NCBI GenBank assembly: GCA_001819495.1
Contig: MHMW01000028.1
Location: 69,398-133,397 of the forward strand
Length of the DNA: 64,000 bases
Source: Candidatus Portnoybacteria bacterium RBG_19FT_COMBO_36_7
GTDB taxonomy: Bacteria > Patescibacteriota > Minisyncoccia > Portnoybacterales > GWB1-42-6
Reading direction: 5' to 3'
The stretch's first letter is position 1, and each line of letters starts with the position of its first letter. Below, in pieces: positions 19,516 to 28,530 of this stretch. The notes under the pieces are model-generated. The model did no database searches. It worked only from the letters and a program-made list of their open reading frames with translations, and was not told the DNA's origin. The translations under genes and the position numbers were made by a program.

Positions 19516-21522
19516 TTATTTTTTTGCTAACTTGCTTACTTTATTTATTTGTTCCTGTAGTCTTATTGCTTCATCAAATTGTAGATTGCGGTTGGCCAGT
19601 GACATTTTAAATTGAAGCTCTTTGAGGTATTCTTTCAAATACTCGCGCTCGGTTTTGGGGCTGATTTTTGCCTTGGTAACCTCCACGATGCTGGGCCTGA
19701 TTGGCTTTTTTATCGCCTTAGGCTCAACTCTATGTTCTTTGTTGTATTTTTCTTGGATGCGCCTGCGGCGATTGGTTTCATCAATCGCGCGTTTTATTGA
19801 ATTGGTGATTTTGTCAGCGTACATTATAACTCTGCCTTGCGGGTGGCGGCTGGCGCGGCCCATAGTCTGGATGAGGGTGGTTTCGTTGCGCAAAAAACCT
19901 TCTTTATCTGCGTCCAAAATAGCAACTAGAGCGACTTCGGGCAAATCTAGCCCTTCGCGTAAAAGATTTATCCCGACTAAAACATCAACTTTGCCGAGCC
20001 GCAGATCTTTTAAAATTTCCGGCCGCTCCAGCGTTTTGATTTCAGAATGCAGATATTGCGCTTTGATTCCTTCATCGTGCAGATATTCAGCCAGATCTTC
20101 GGCCAGGCGCTTGGTCAGGGTTGTCACGAGCACTCTGGCACCCAATTTGATAGCCGCCCTTATTTTTTTTATCAAATGCGGAATCTGGTTTTTTGTTGGT
20201 CTGACTTGAATTACGGGATCCAGGAGTCCAGTCGGTCTTATTAATTGTTCAACTATAAACTTTTGACTTTTAACTTTTACTTGCCCGCCGAATCCTTGGC
20301 GGAGGCGGGACTTTTTAATTTCGTATGGCCCCGGCGTGGCCGAAGTATAAATAACCTGATTTACGCGTGTTTCAAATTCTTTGAATTTGAGCGGCCGGTT
20401 ATCAATGGCCGAAGGCAGGCGGAAGCCGTATTCTATTAAGATTTTTTTGCGCGCTTCGTCGCCATGAGCCATGCCGTTTAATTGAGGAACGGTCATATGC
20501 GATTCGTCAATAATTAAAAGGTAATCTTTGGGGTAATAATCAATAAGAGCAAAAGGTGGCTCGCCAGGTGATCGGAATTCCAGATGGCGTGAGTAATTTT
20601 CAATGCCGTGACAATAGCCGACCTCTTTCATCATTTCAAGATCAAAATTAGTCCGGCGTAGCAATCTTTCTGCTTCCAGCAGCTTTTTTTGCCGTCTCAA
20701 TTTTATTAGCCTGTCTTCCAGCTCCATTTTTATATTCTTGATAGCCAGATTTATTTTTTGTTCGGGCGCGACCCAATATTTAGCCGGGAAAACTTTGGCA
20801 TATTCAATTTCCTGTTCTGGCCTTGCCTTCAAAATGTTATTGGGCAGATTAATTTCTGATATTTTTTCTATTTGATTGCCAAAAAAATCAAATTTCAAGA
20901 TTTGCTCGCCAGTGGCGCTCCAGACATGGATGAGGTCTCCCAAAACGCGGAAAGTGCCGCGTTTAAAATCAATGTCTGAGCGGATATATTGCAGAGAAGT
21001 CAGATGTCGTAAAAATTTCTGGCGCGATATTAACTGCCCCTTTTTAAATTCCAAGCTCAAATTTTTGTATTCGTCTGGCGAGCCGATGTTGTAGATGCAA
21101 GAAACTGAGGCGACAATTATTACGTCGTCGCGTGATAACAATGCTTGGGTGGCCGCGTGGCGCAATCTGTCAATTTCGTCATTGATTTTAGCATCTTTGT
21201 CTATATAGGTGTCGGTTTGGGGGATATATGCCTCGGGCTGATAATAGTCGTAATATGAAACAAAAAAATGGACGGCGTTTTGCGGAAAAAATTCTTTGAA
21301 TTCCTGATAGAGCTGGGCGGCAAGGGCTTTGTTATGAGAAATGATAAGCGTCGGTTTCTGTTCTTTTTCAATAACATTAGCTATCGTGAAAGTTTTGCCG
21401 CTGCCGGTCACGCCCAAAAGCGTCTGGTGGCCGACACCAGCATCTAAATTTTTGACCAGCGCGTCTATGGCAGTCGGTTGATCGCCAGTCGGCTTAAATG
21501 GGGCGCGGAGTTTGAATTTCAT
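19516..21522 (-). CDS. uvrB: excinuclease ABC subunit B
   Basis: GVTGSGKTFTIANVIEK Walker A; helicase motifs; C-terminal UVR domain; 668 aa. Confidence 0.95.
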   Translation of the reverse strand: MKFKLRAPFKPTGDQPTAIDALVKNLDAGVGHQTLLGVTGSGKTFTIANVIEKEQKPTLIISHNKALAAQLYQEFKEFFPQNAVHFFVSYYDYYQPEAYIPQTDTYIDKDAKINDEIDRLRHAATQALLSRDDVIIVASVSCIYNIGSPDEYKNLSLEFKKGQLISRQKFLRHLTSLQYIRSDIDFKRGTFRVLGDLIHVWSATGEQILKFDFFGNQIEKISEINLPNNILKARPEQEIEYAKVFPAKYWVAPEQKINLAIKNIKMELEDRLIKLRRQKKLLEAERLLRRTNFDLEMMKEVGYCHGIENYSRHLEFRSPGEPPFALIDYYPKDYLLIIDESHMTVPQLNGMAHGDEARKKILIEYGFRLPSAIDNRPLKFKEFETRVNQVIYTSATPGPYEIKKSRLRQGFGGQVKVKSQKFIVEQLIRPTGLLDPVIQVRPTKNQIPHLIKKIRAAIKLGARVLVTTLTKRLAEDLAEYLHDEGIKAQYLHSEIKTLERPEILKDLRLGKVDVLVGINLLREGLDLPEVALVAILDADKEGFLRNETTLIQTMGRASRHPQGRVIMYADKITNSIKRAIDETNRRRRIQEKYNKEHRVEPKAIKKPIRPSIVEVTKAKISPKTEREYLKEYLKELQFKMSLANRNLQFDEAIRLQEQINKVSKLAKK
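20245..20279. repeat. heptamer array plus GC hairpin embedded in-frame in uvrB
   Basis: units TTGTTCA ACTATAA ACTTTTG ACTTTTA ACTTTTA then CCCGCCGAATCCTTGGCGG; encodes GFGGQVKVKSQKF just before the conserved EQLIRPTGLLDP. Confidence 0.6.
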
Positions 21523-21582
21523 AATGATTGACTTTTATAATCTTTTAATATACCTTGTATAAAAAGGAGAGGGGGTGTTCTT

Positions 21583-22197
21583 TTGAAAAAGATAGATAAT
21601 ATTTCGATTGGTGTGCCGGCTGTAGTTGTCGTGAAAAAAATTGCGGATATAAATTTAATTGACAAGCTAACATTTATTTTATATACCACGCAGAAGCCTA
21701 ACGAAAAAATACTAAAAGAGCCTGATGTGCCAGTTGATTTATTATTGCGGCATAGCGGTCAAACCGATGAGGCGCGTCTGCCTGTTAAGAGGGAAGAGAT
21801 TTATGATTTCTATGATAGGTATACAAATAAAATAAGGCAGGAATCAGCTATCGGTGTATGCTCATCGGTGAACATGAGGCAGAATTTTTTTCATATCCCA
21901 ATGATAGATTTTCACTGCGATGTGTCAGATGTCAATTTAGCAAGGCTGAAGGATTTTTTGCTCTATATCGGCCAAAAAGAAGGTGCAATTTTAGAGTCTG
22001 GAAGATCATATCATTATTACGGGATAAAACTTTTAACAGTTGAGCAGTGGGTAGAATTTATGGGTAAATGCTTATTGCTCTGTACAGATGCGGGACAGAG
22101 ATACATAGGGCACTCTTTGATGGACGGGTTTTGTACTTTAAGAATATCTGGCAAGGCATTGCATAATTATATCCCAAAAGTTGTAACAATCTTATGA
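21583..22197 (+). CDS. hypothetical protein, weak archaeo-eukaryotic primase (AEP/PrimPol)-like motif pattern
   Basis: TTG start after extended -10 TGTATAAAA and RBS AAAGGAGAGGGGG; motifs IPMIDFHCD, SGRSYHYYG, LCTDAG with spacing reminiscent of AEP motifs I-II-III; unverified. Confidence 0.4.
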   Translation: MKKIDNISIGVPAVVVVKKIADINLIDKLTFILYTTQKPNEKILKEPDVPVDLLLRHSGQTDEARLPVKREEIYDFYDRYTNKIRQESAIGVCSSVNMRQNFFHIPMIDFHCDVSDVNLARLKDFLLYIGQKEGAILESGRSYHYYGIKLLTVEQWVEFMGKCLLLCTDAGQRYIGHSLMDGFCTLRISGKALHNYIPKVVTIL

Positions 22198-22261
22198 AGG
22201 GTCTCTATCGAGAGCCCTTTTTTATTTGAATTTCATTTGAGCGTGGAGTATACTAAAATCA

Positions 22262-22837
22262 ATGATTTCTTCTTTGGAAGGCAAAATTGCGCTCAAGTCC
22301 GAGAAATACGCCGTAATTGAAACCAACGGTATTGGTTTTCGCGTCAACCTATCTGAAAAAACTCTTTCAAAAATACCACAAATAGGGGCTTCTGTTAAGC
22401 TTTTTACCTATCTTTCTGTCAAAGAGAATGGCTGGGATCTGTTCGGATTTTTAACTTTTGACGAGCTGGAACTTTTTGAACTTTTAATTTCTATTCCAGG
22501 TATCGGGCCAAAAACCGCTTCAAATATTTTAGCCTTAGCCTCGGTTGAAGACCTGCAGGAAGCAATTGTTTTGGGCGATGAAACGATTTTAGCGCGAGTT
22601 TCGGGCATCGGCAAAAAAGTGGCGCAAAAGATAGTTTTGGAATTAAAATCAAAAGTTAAAAAATTATCAAAAGGAGAAGGCTCGGGCATAGCCGGCGACA
22701 TAGAAGTAATTGATGCGCTTGTTAATTTGGGTTATAAGGTTTATGAAGTCAGGGAAGTTTTACAAAAACTGCCGGAAAACATTAAGGGCCTGGAAAACAG
22801 GGTTAAAGAAACTTTGAAGAGATTAGGCAAGAAGTAA
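22262..22837 (+). CDS. ruvA: Holliday junction DNA helicase subunit RuvA
   Basis: MISSLEGKI...IETNGIGFRV N-terminus, HhH motifs (IPGIGPKTA), C-terminal domain III. Confidence 0.9.
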   Translation: MISSLEGKIALKSEKYAVIETNGIGFRVNLSEKTLSKIPQIGASVKLFTYLSVKENGWDLFGFLTFDELELFELLISIPGIGPKTASNILALASVEDLQEAIVLGDETILARVSGIGKKVAQKIVLELKSKVKKLSKGEGSGIAGDIEVIDALVNLGYKVYEVREVLQKLPENIKGLENRVKETLKRLGKK

Positions 22838-22977
22838 GCCCAAATATCAAATCCCCGCCCGCCAGAGCCGATTGGATGAGCAATGGGATATTGATGAAAG
22901 AAACTGAATGCAGACATAACTTATTAAAACCACTTGTTCGCTTTGGCAATCGGCGGGCAGGCAAATTATTCCAAATC

Positions 22978-23061
22978 AAGGTCAAAATCCAAAATCCAAA
23001 ACGTTTTAAGCTTTGAACTTTGGATTTGATTTGACATTTGAGCTTTGATATTTGGATTTAA
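22978..23061. repeat. long heptamer-periodic array with internal inverted symmetry (GTCAAAA TCCAAAA TCCAAAA ... TTTGGAT TTGATTT GAC ...)
   Basis: about 12 units of 7 nt; the first half is approximately the reverse complement of the second half, giving a long imperfect hairpin between ruvA and the FemAB gene. Confidence 0.6.
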
Positions 23062-24062
23062 AAAATAATCTCCTAATGCAAGATAAAACAACATTTGACA
23101 GGGAGGATTGGAATAAATTCGTTCTTGAGCAGGACGGTTCTTTTTTACAATCCTGGGAATGGGGCGAGTTTCAAAAAGCAATTGGCAGGCAGGTATTCTA
23201 TTTGAAAGTCGACAGCTATCAATCGCTGATTATAAAACATGATCTAGCGTTGGGAAAGAGCTATCTTTATTGTCCGAGAGGGCCGATTGCTTCGCTTAAT
23301 TTAAAAGTTGAAAGTGAAAAATTAAAAATTATTGAGTTATTTTTAAAAGAAATAAAAGAATTAGCGAAACAGGAGAACGCGATATTTGTGAGAGTTGAGC
23401 CGACAAGGGGTATCGCTGAAGACGATTTAAGAAAAGCGGGATTTATCAGAGCTCAGAAAGAGGTTCAGCCTTCACGGACGCTGATTTTGGATTTGAATTT
23501 GAGTGAAGAAGAATTGTTGGCGCAAATGCACGAGAAAACGCGATATAACATAGGGCTAGCCCAGCGCAAAGGCATTTCCGTGACCTTAAGAAAATTAGAA
23601 GACGGAGAAGAAGCTTTTGAAAAATTCTGGCAGCTTTTGAATCAGACGGCAAAAAGGCAGAAGATCAGTATTTTCTCCAGAGATTATTACAAAAGGCAGA
23701 TGACCATCAAAAGCGGCCAATTTGAAAACCTGCTTTTCATCGCCGCTTATCAGGGCAAGGCAATCGCGGCCAACCTTGTCATTTTTTTTGGAAACACAGC
23801 GACTTATTTGCACGGCGGGTCTGACAATGTATATCGTGCTCAAATGGCGCCGCATCTGCTTCAGTGGGAGCAGATAAAAGAAGCCAAAAGGCGTGACTGC
23901 AGAACATATGATTTTTGGGGAATTGACGAAAATAATTGGCCGGGAATAACCAGATTCAAAAATGGTTTTGGCGGCAGAGAAGTTCAATATATCGGCACTT
24001 TCGACCTGATTCTGAAACAGGCCTGGTATAGCGCTTATGTTTTAATTAAAAAAGTTTTATAA
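23052..24062 (+). CDS. FemAB-family peptidyltransferase (FemX-like, tRNA-dependent peptidoglycan branch formation)
   Basis: WEWGEFQK N-region; ANLVIFFGNTATYLHGGSDNVYRAQMAPHLLQWEQIKEAKRRDCRTYDFWGI resembles FemAB C-terminal region; start could be 23076 instead. Confidence 0.65.
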   Translation: MDLKNNLLMQDKTTFDREDWNKFVLEQDGSFLQSWEWGEFQKAIGRQVFYLKVDSYQSLIIKHDLALGKSYLYCPRGPIASLNLKVESEKLKIIELFLKEIKELAKQENAIFVRVEPTRGIAEDDLRKAGFIRAQKEVQPSRTLILDLNLSEEELLAQMHEKTRYNIGLAQRKGISVTLRKLEDGEEAFEKFWQLLNQTAKRQKISIFSRDYYKRQMTIKSGQFENLLFIAAYQGKAIAANLVIFFGNTATYLHGGSDNVYRAQMAPHLLQWEQIKEAKRRDCRTYDFWGIDENNWPGITRFKNGFGGREVQYIGTFDLILKQAWYSAYVLIKKVL

Positions 24063-25375
24063 TGAAAAATTTATTGAAAAAACTTGTCCCAAACTTTATT
24101 TTTAGCATCTACCATTGGAAGCTGGCTTATTTAGGAGCGATGATTTATGGTTTCCCTTCGCGAAAACTGATTGTGATTGGCGTGACAGGGACAAAAGGCA
24201 AAACAACAACCTGCAATTTGATTGCCCAGATTTTGAATGGCGCAGGATATAAAACTGGTATGGCTACAACTGTTAATTTCAGGATTGGCGAAAAAGAATG
24301 GATAAACGAATATAAGCAGACAATGCTTGGGAGATTCAGGCTACAGAAACTGTTGCGGCAAATGGTTCGCGAAGGATGCAAATACGCGGTGATAGAAACT
24401 TCTTCAGAAGGAATTTTGCAGCACAGGCACAGAGGCATAAATTATTCTGTTGCGGTTTTCACTAATTTGTCGCCCGAACACATTGAGCGCCACGGTAGCT
24501 TTGAAAATTATCGGGCGGCCAAGCTCAAATTATGCGAGGCAGTGGCAAAAAAAAGAGAAGGTATCGGGATTTATAATCTGGATGACGCCAACGTGGATTA
24601 TTTTTTGAAATGCAATATTTTAAATAAATTCGGGTATGGAACGCATAATAAATATCAGCTTGCAAGTTTCAATAAAATTTCAGAGATTAAATTATTTCCA
24701 GACCACACCGAATTTTCTGTCAATGGTGAAAAATTTCAGATGCCTTTGATCGGCGAATTCAATGTTTATAACGCCACCGCCGCGATTTGCGTGGTACAAT
24801 CACAGGGAATTAGGATAGAGAAAATCAAAGAAATTTTAAAGCACACCAAACCGACCCCGGGCAGATTGGAGATTGTAAATATTGGTCAGTCCTTTACTGT
24901 CATTGTTGATTACGCGCATGAGCCGGCTTCGCTGGAAGCGGTTTATAAATTTTTGATTGAAATGAAAAAATTTACCCCGAGCGTAGTCGAGGGGCCAAAA
25001 AGAATTATTGCCTTACTCGGCGCACAGGGCGGGGGAAGAGACAAGGGAAAACGTCCGGAATTGGGCAGGATAGCGGGAGAATTCGCGGATATAATAATAG
25101 TTACAAATGAAGACCCGTATGATGAAAGTCCGCAGCAGATAATTGATGATGTAAAACAAGGAATAACCCCTCGACTTCGCTCGGGGCAGAATCTCTTTGA
25201 GATTTTGGATCGTAGAGAAGCAATTAAAAAAGCGCTGAGCCTGGCCGAGCCAGGGGACATCGTGATTTTAACAGGCAAAGGAGGCGAAGTCTGGATGTGC
25301 GTAGAAAATGGCAAAAAAATACCCTGGAATGAGCGGGAAATAATTGAAGAAGAACTAAGGAGAGCAGTTTTTTAA
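24062..25375 (+). CDS. Mur ligase family protein (MurE-like central and C-terminal domains; the N-terminal UDP-binding domain is replaced by a hydrophobic segment)
   Basis: GVTGTKGKTTT P-loop; FTNLSPEHIERHGSFENYRAAKLKL; C-terminal Mur ligase domain; ATG overlaps the FemAB stop by 1 nt. Confidence 0.65.
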   Translation: MKNLLKKLVPNFIFSIYHWKLAYLGAMIYGFPSRKLIVIGVTGTKGKTTTCNLIAQILNGAGYKTGMATTVNFRIGEKEWINEYKQTMLGRFRLQKLLRQMVREGCKYAVIETSSEGILQHRHRGINYSVAVFTNLSPEHIERHGSFENYRAAKLKLCEAVAKKREGIGIYNLDDANVDYFLKCNILNKFGYGTHNKYQLASFNKISEIKLFPDHTEFSVNGEKFQMPLIGEFNVYNATAAICVVQSQGIRIEKIKEILKHTKPTPGRLEIVNIGQSFTVIVDYAHEPASLEAVYKFLIEMKKFTPSVVEGPKRIIALLGAQGGGRDKGKRPELGRIAGEFADIIIVTNEDPYDESPQQIIDDVKQGITPRLRSGQNLFEILDRREAIKKALSLAEPGDIVILTGKGGEVWMCVENGKKIPWNEREIIEEELRRAVF

Positions 25376-25417
25376 AAATAAAAAAATATAATTCTATTAG
25401 GAAGGGAGGACAAAGAT

Positions 25418-25624
25418 ATGACAGGCAGAGAGATTCTTGTTTGTACCGATTGTAAAAGCGCGATTTTCGTGGATTCAGTAGCCAATACGGCGCCAAGATT
25501 TACAGGTAACTTCGGGGATCATCCGGAAAACAGGGAAATGATTGATGGGCAAGACGACTTGCGTGATTTTAAAAGAACCCACAGGAAACACAAAGTTATT
25601 GAAGTTAAGCTTAAGTATGATTGA
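25418..25624 (+). CDS. small hypothetical protein with CxxC
   Basis: RBS GGAAGGGAGG 7 nt upstream; 68 aa; single CTDC motif. Confidence 0.4.
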   Translation: MTGREILVCTDCKSAIFVDSVANTAPRFTGNFGDHPENREMIDGQDDLRDFKRTHRKHKVIEVKLKYD

Positions 25625-25712
25625 TCGGAAGATGGAACTATAATAGGCCAAAAACTGATTTTTAGCTTTTGGCCTTATTTTTTTCTTTAAAACACGGTGA
25701 TATAATTGATTC

Positions 25713-26120
25713 ATGGACAAGTCTTTCGAAATTTTAGATCATCCGGCGGATTTGAAAATCAGGGCTTTTGGAAAAACAAAAGAAGGATTGTTTTTGAACA
25801 TGATGCGCGGCATGGCAGAGTCACAGCAGGGAGAAATTGAAAACAAAAAAGAAATAAAAAAAGAAATTAAAGTTAAATCTTCTGATCTGGCCTCGCTTTT
25901 GGTTGATTTTTTAAGCGAGATAATCTATCTCAGTCAGACAAATAAAGAGATTTATTTTAATGCAGGATTCAGAAAATTCAGCGAAAATTATCTAGAAGGA
26001 GAATTATTTGGCCAAAAAGTCAAAAGATTTAATGAAGACATCAAGGCGGTTACTTATCACGAATTGGAAATAAAAAAAGCTGATGACCACTGGGAAGCAA
26101 CAGTCATTTTCGACATATGA
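25713..26120 (+). CDS. archease (RtcB activator)
   Basis: FEILDHPADLKIRAFG N-terminal signature; 135 aa; stop overlaps rtcB start. Confidence 0.85.
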   Translation: MDKSFEILDHPADLKIRAFGKTKEGLFLNMMRGMAESQQGEIENKKEIKKEIKVKSSDLASLLVDFLSEIIYLSQTNKEIYFNAGFRKFSENYLEGELFGQKVKRFNEDIKAVTYHELEIKKADDHWEATVIFDI

Positions 26121-27547
26121 TGACCAAAAAAGACTTAAATAAAATTTCCGATTTTGTTTGGGAAATTCCAAAGAGTTTTCGCGCTGACATGCGCGTGCCG
26201 GCCAGAATTTACGCAGACCAAAATCTGCTGGAAAAAGTATTTGATGACAGGTCGCTTGAGCAACTGATAAATGTTGCCACTTTGCCGGGCATCATAAATT
26301 ATGCTTTGGCCATGCCCGATATGCACGAAGGTTATGGTTTCCCAATTGGCGGAGTGGCTGGTTTTGAGGCAAAAGAAGGGATAATTTCGCCTGGCGGAGT
26401 CGGATACGATATTAATTGCGGAGTGCGAGTTTTGCGTTCTGATTTGAGCTTTGGCGAAATACAGCCGCACATTGTCAATTTAATGAATCAAATTCAGCGC
26501 GATGTGCCATCGGGTGTCGGTCAGGGCGGCGGAGTGAAATTAAGCGAAGAATCAATGAAAAAAGTTCTGGAGGAGGGAGTGAGATGTATTATTGAAAAGG
26601 GATACGGCCAAAAAGAAGATATTGAATATTGCGAGGAAAGGGGAATGATGGCTGGCGCGCAGGCTTCAGCGGTTTCTGAAAAGGCAAAAAGCAGGGGGCG
26701 CGACCAATTAGGCACCCTGGGAGCAGGCAATCATTTTTTGGAAGTCCAGAAAGTTGATGAAATTTTTGACGATAAAATCGCGGCAGTTTTTGGCTTAAAA
26801 AAGGATTTGGTGACAATAATGATACATTGCGGATCGCGAGGCCTGGGTCACCAAGTGGCAACCGACTATGTTTCAGTTATGCACAAAGTCGCGTCAAAAT
26901 ATAAAATTTCTTTGTCCGATGCGGAGCTGGCCTGCGCGCCTTTTGAAAGCCAGGAAGGCAAGCAATATTTTTCAGCCATGGCTTCCAGCGCCAATTTTGC
27001 CTGGGCCAATAGGCAGATGATAATGCATTTGGTGCGCGGCGCCTGGCAGAGGATTTTAGGGCAAAGCGGCGGACAGCTGAAACTGATTTATGACGTAGCG
27101 CATAATGTGGCGAAATTAGAGAAATATGATGGTCAGAATTTAGTTATTCACAGAAAAGGGGCGACTCGCGCTTTTCCTCCGGCCAGCCATGATATTCCAG
27201 AAAAATATCGGCTATCCGGCCAGCCGGTTTTGATTCCCGGCACCATGGGCACGGCTTCTTATATTTTAGCCGGCACGCAGAAAGCTAAAGAAACATTTTT
27301 TTCTGTTTGCCACGGCGCGGGCAGGGTAATGTCGCGCCATGCTGCCATTCGAGCGGCTGAAAGCAGTCAATTGCGCCAGAAATTGGAATCAGAAGGAATT
27401 GTGGTGCGTTGTTTATCAAATAAAGGCCTGGCTGAAGAAGCGCCGATGGCATATAAAGACATTCATAATGTTGTTGAAGTAGTTGAACAGGCGGGTCTGG
27501 CAAAAAAAGTGGCTCGGCTGAAACCATTGGGAGTAATAAAGGGTTAA
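26117..27547 (+). CDS. rtcB: RNA-splicing ligase RtcB (3'-phosphate/5'-hydroxyl RNA ligase)
   Basis: ALAMPDMHEGYGFPIGGVAG, NHFLEV, metal-binding His/Cys pattern; 476 aa. Confidence 0.95.
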   Translation: MMTKKDLNKISDFVWEIPKSFRADMRVPARIYADQNLLEKVFDDRSLEQLINVATLPGIINYALAMPDMHEGYGFPIGGVAGFEAKEGIISPGGVGYDINCGVRVLRSDLSFGEIQPHIVNLMNQIQRDVPSGVGQGGGVKLSEESMKKVLEEGVRCIIEKGYGQKEDIEYCEERGMMAGAQASAVSEKAKSRGRDQLGTLGAGNHFLEVQKVDEIFDDKIAAVFGLKKDLVTIMIHCGSRGLGHQVATDYVSVMHKVASKYKISLSDAELACAPFESQEGKQYFSAMASSANFAWANRQMIMHLVRGAWQRILGQSGGQLKLIYDVAHNVAKLEKYDGQNLVIHRKGATRAFPPASHDIPEKYRLSGQPVLIPGTMGTASYILAGTQKAKETFFSVCHGAGRVMSRHAAIRAAESSQLRQKLESEGIVVRCLSNKGLAEEAPMAYKDIHNVVEVVEQAGLAKKVARLKPLGVIKG

Positions 27548-27604
27548 AATAAAAAGAAAAATCCCTTAACAGAATATGTTAAGGGATTTTGTTGTTTATA
27601 TTTT

Positions 27605-27934
27605 TTACTTATTTTTTATGTCTTCTAGTTTCTGGGTTGCCTTAACAACCTTACGGCTTGGTTTTTTTTGTGTATGAAATTTCCATTCCTGAACGACTCC
27701 GTCGTTTCCTCGCCTGACATAGACCTTAAAATCAAGCGGGAACGATTTTTTGGTTTTTTGGAGGCGAGCAATAAAACGGGAATCAACCTCCCAAACCTGA
27801 AGGGGCCGCTTTTTAAAAATTATTTCAACAGTTTCGCTTCCAAAGCCAAGATGTTTGGCTGCTGCGGAAATGACATCATTGGTGAAAGTATCAAGATGCT
27901 CCACAAACCACTGGTACGCCACTTTCTTTTTCAT
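27605..27934 (-). CDS. hypothetical protein
   Basis: strong RBS AAAGGAGGG 7 nt upstream of ATG; 109 aa; no recognisable motif. Confidence 0.5.
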   Translation of the reverse strand: MKKKVAYQWFVEHLDTFTNDVISAAAKHLGFGSETVEIIFKKRPLQVWEVDSRFIARLQKTKKSFPLDFKVYVRRGNDGVVQEWKFHTQKKPSRKVVKATQKLEDIKNK

Positions 27935-28262
27935 TGTTCCCTCCTTTGACAGTTAGTTTCAATTCAAGCTGTACCGGCCGCTTTATTTTGATTGCTGATT
28001 TTTTTGAGTCAACCCTTTTTCTTAATAGAATTTGTGCGGCCTGGCGGCATGCTTTTTTAAAAATTTCAGGGGGTATCCAGAGAGAATCCGGATCGTAGAC
28101 GCTGGCATAAGGGTCAAATTTCGCTGCCAGATGGATGCGTTTTCGTCCTTGGCGGAAAATGCAATGGATGTTTTTTATTTTAAGTTCTACTTCCCCCGGC
28201 TTTTTGGTATCTATAACTTCTATTTCTTTAATCTTTGCCTCCTTTTTGTTTATCCCCATTTT
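27891..28262 (-). CDS. hypothetical protein (shorter model starting MGINKKEAKIKEIEV...)
   Basis: internal ATG at 28262 is preceded by GGAGGAAAGAAA; the longer N-terminus of the tracked ORF overlaps a + strand extended -10 promoter and looks spurious; 3' end overlaps the next gene by 44 nt. Confidence 0.45.
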   Translation of the reverse strand, partial: KMGINKKEAKIKEIEVIDTKKPGEVELKIKNIHCIFRQGRKRIHLAAKFDPYASVYDPDSLWIPPEIFKKACRQAAQILLRKRVDSKKSAIKIKRPVQLELKLTVKGGNNEKESGVPVVCGAS

Positions 28263-28353
28263 CTTTCCTCCTTTCTTAGTTTTTAAGGTGCCGAGATTTA
28301 TTAGGATAACATTACAATCATTATTTGTCAAATTAATTTCATTTGAATCGCAG

Positions 28354-28362
28354 AAAATGGTA
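28354..28362 (+). promoter_or_regulatory. extended -10 promoter element (TGGTATAAT) upstream of paralog array 2
   Basis: TGnTATAAT match about 170 nt upstream of the paralog 5 ATG. Confidence 0.35.
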
Positions 28363-28530
28363 TAATAACAAAAATAAGTTAAATAATGAAAAAATATTCT
28401 TCCGCCAGAGCCAGCCGAGGAAAAACGGCCTATCGCACGCCGTCTGATTTTCGCTATCGGCATCTTAAGAAAATTGAACAAAGAAAAGTTTTCCAAAAAT
28501 TAAAATAGAATAAATTTTGGATGCAGCCAT

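Noticed and set aside
21528-21564. Canonical -35/-10 promoter upstream of the 21583 gene (TTGACT ... TATAAT)
   Set aside because: The spacing between TTGACT and the nearest TATAAT is only 3 nt. Only the extended -10 TGTATAAAA at 21556-21564 is plausible, so no full sigma70 promoter is called.
28263-28496. Long form of the minus-strand ORF 27891-28496
   Set aside because: The N-terminal 79 codons overlap a plus-strand extended -10 promoter and a basic small ORF. An internal ATG with a perfect GGAGG RBS gives the more plausible 123-aa protein.
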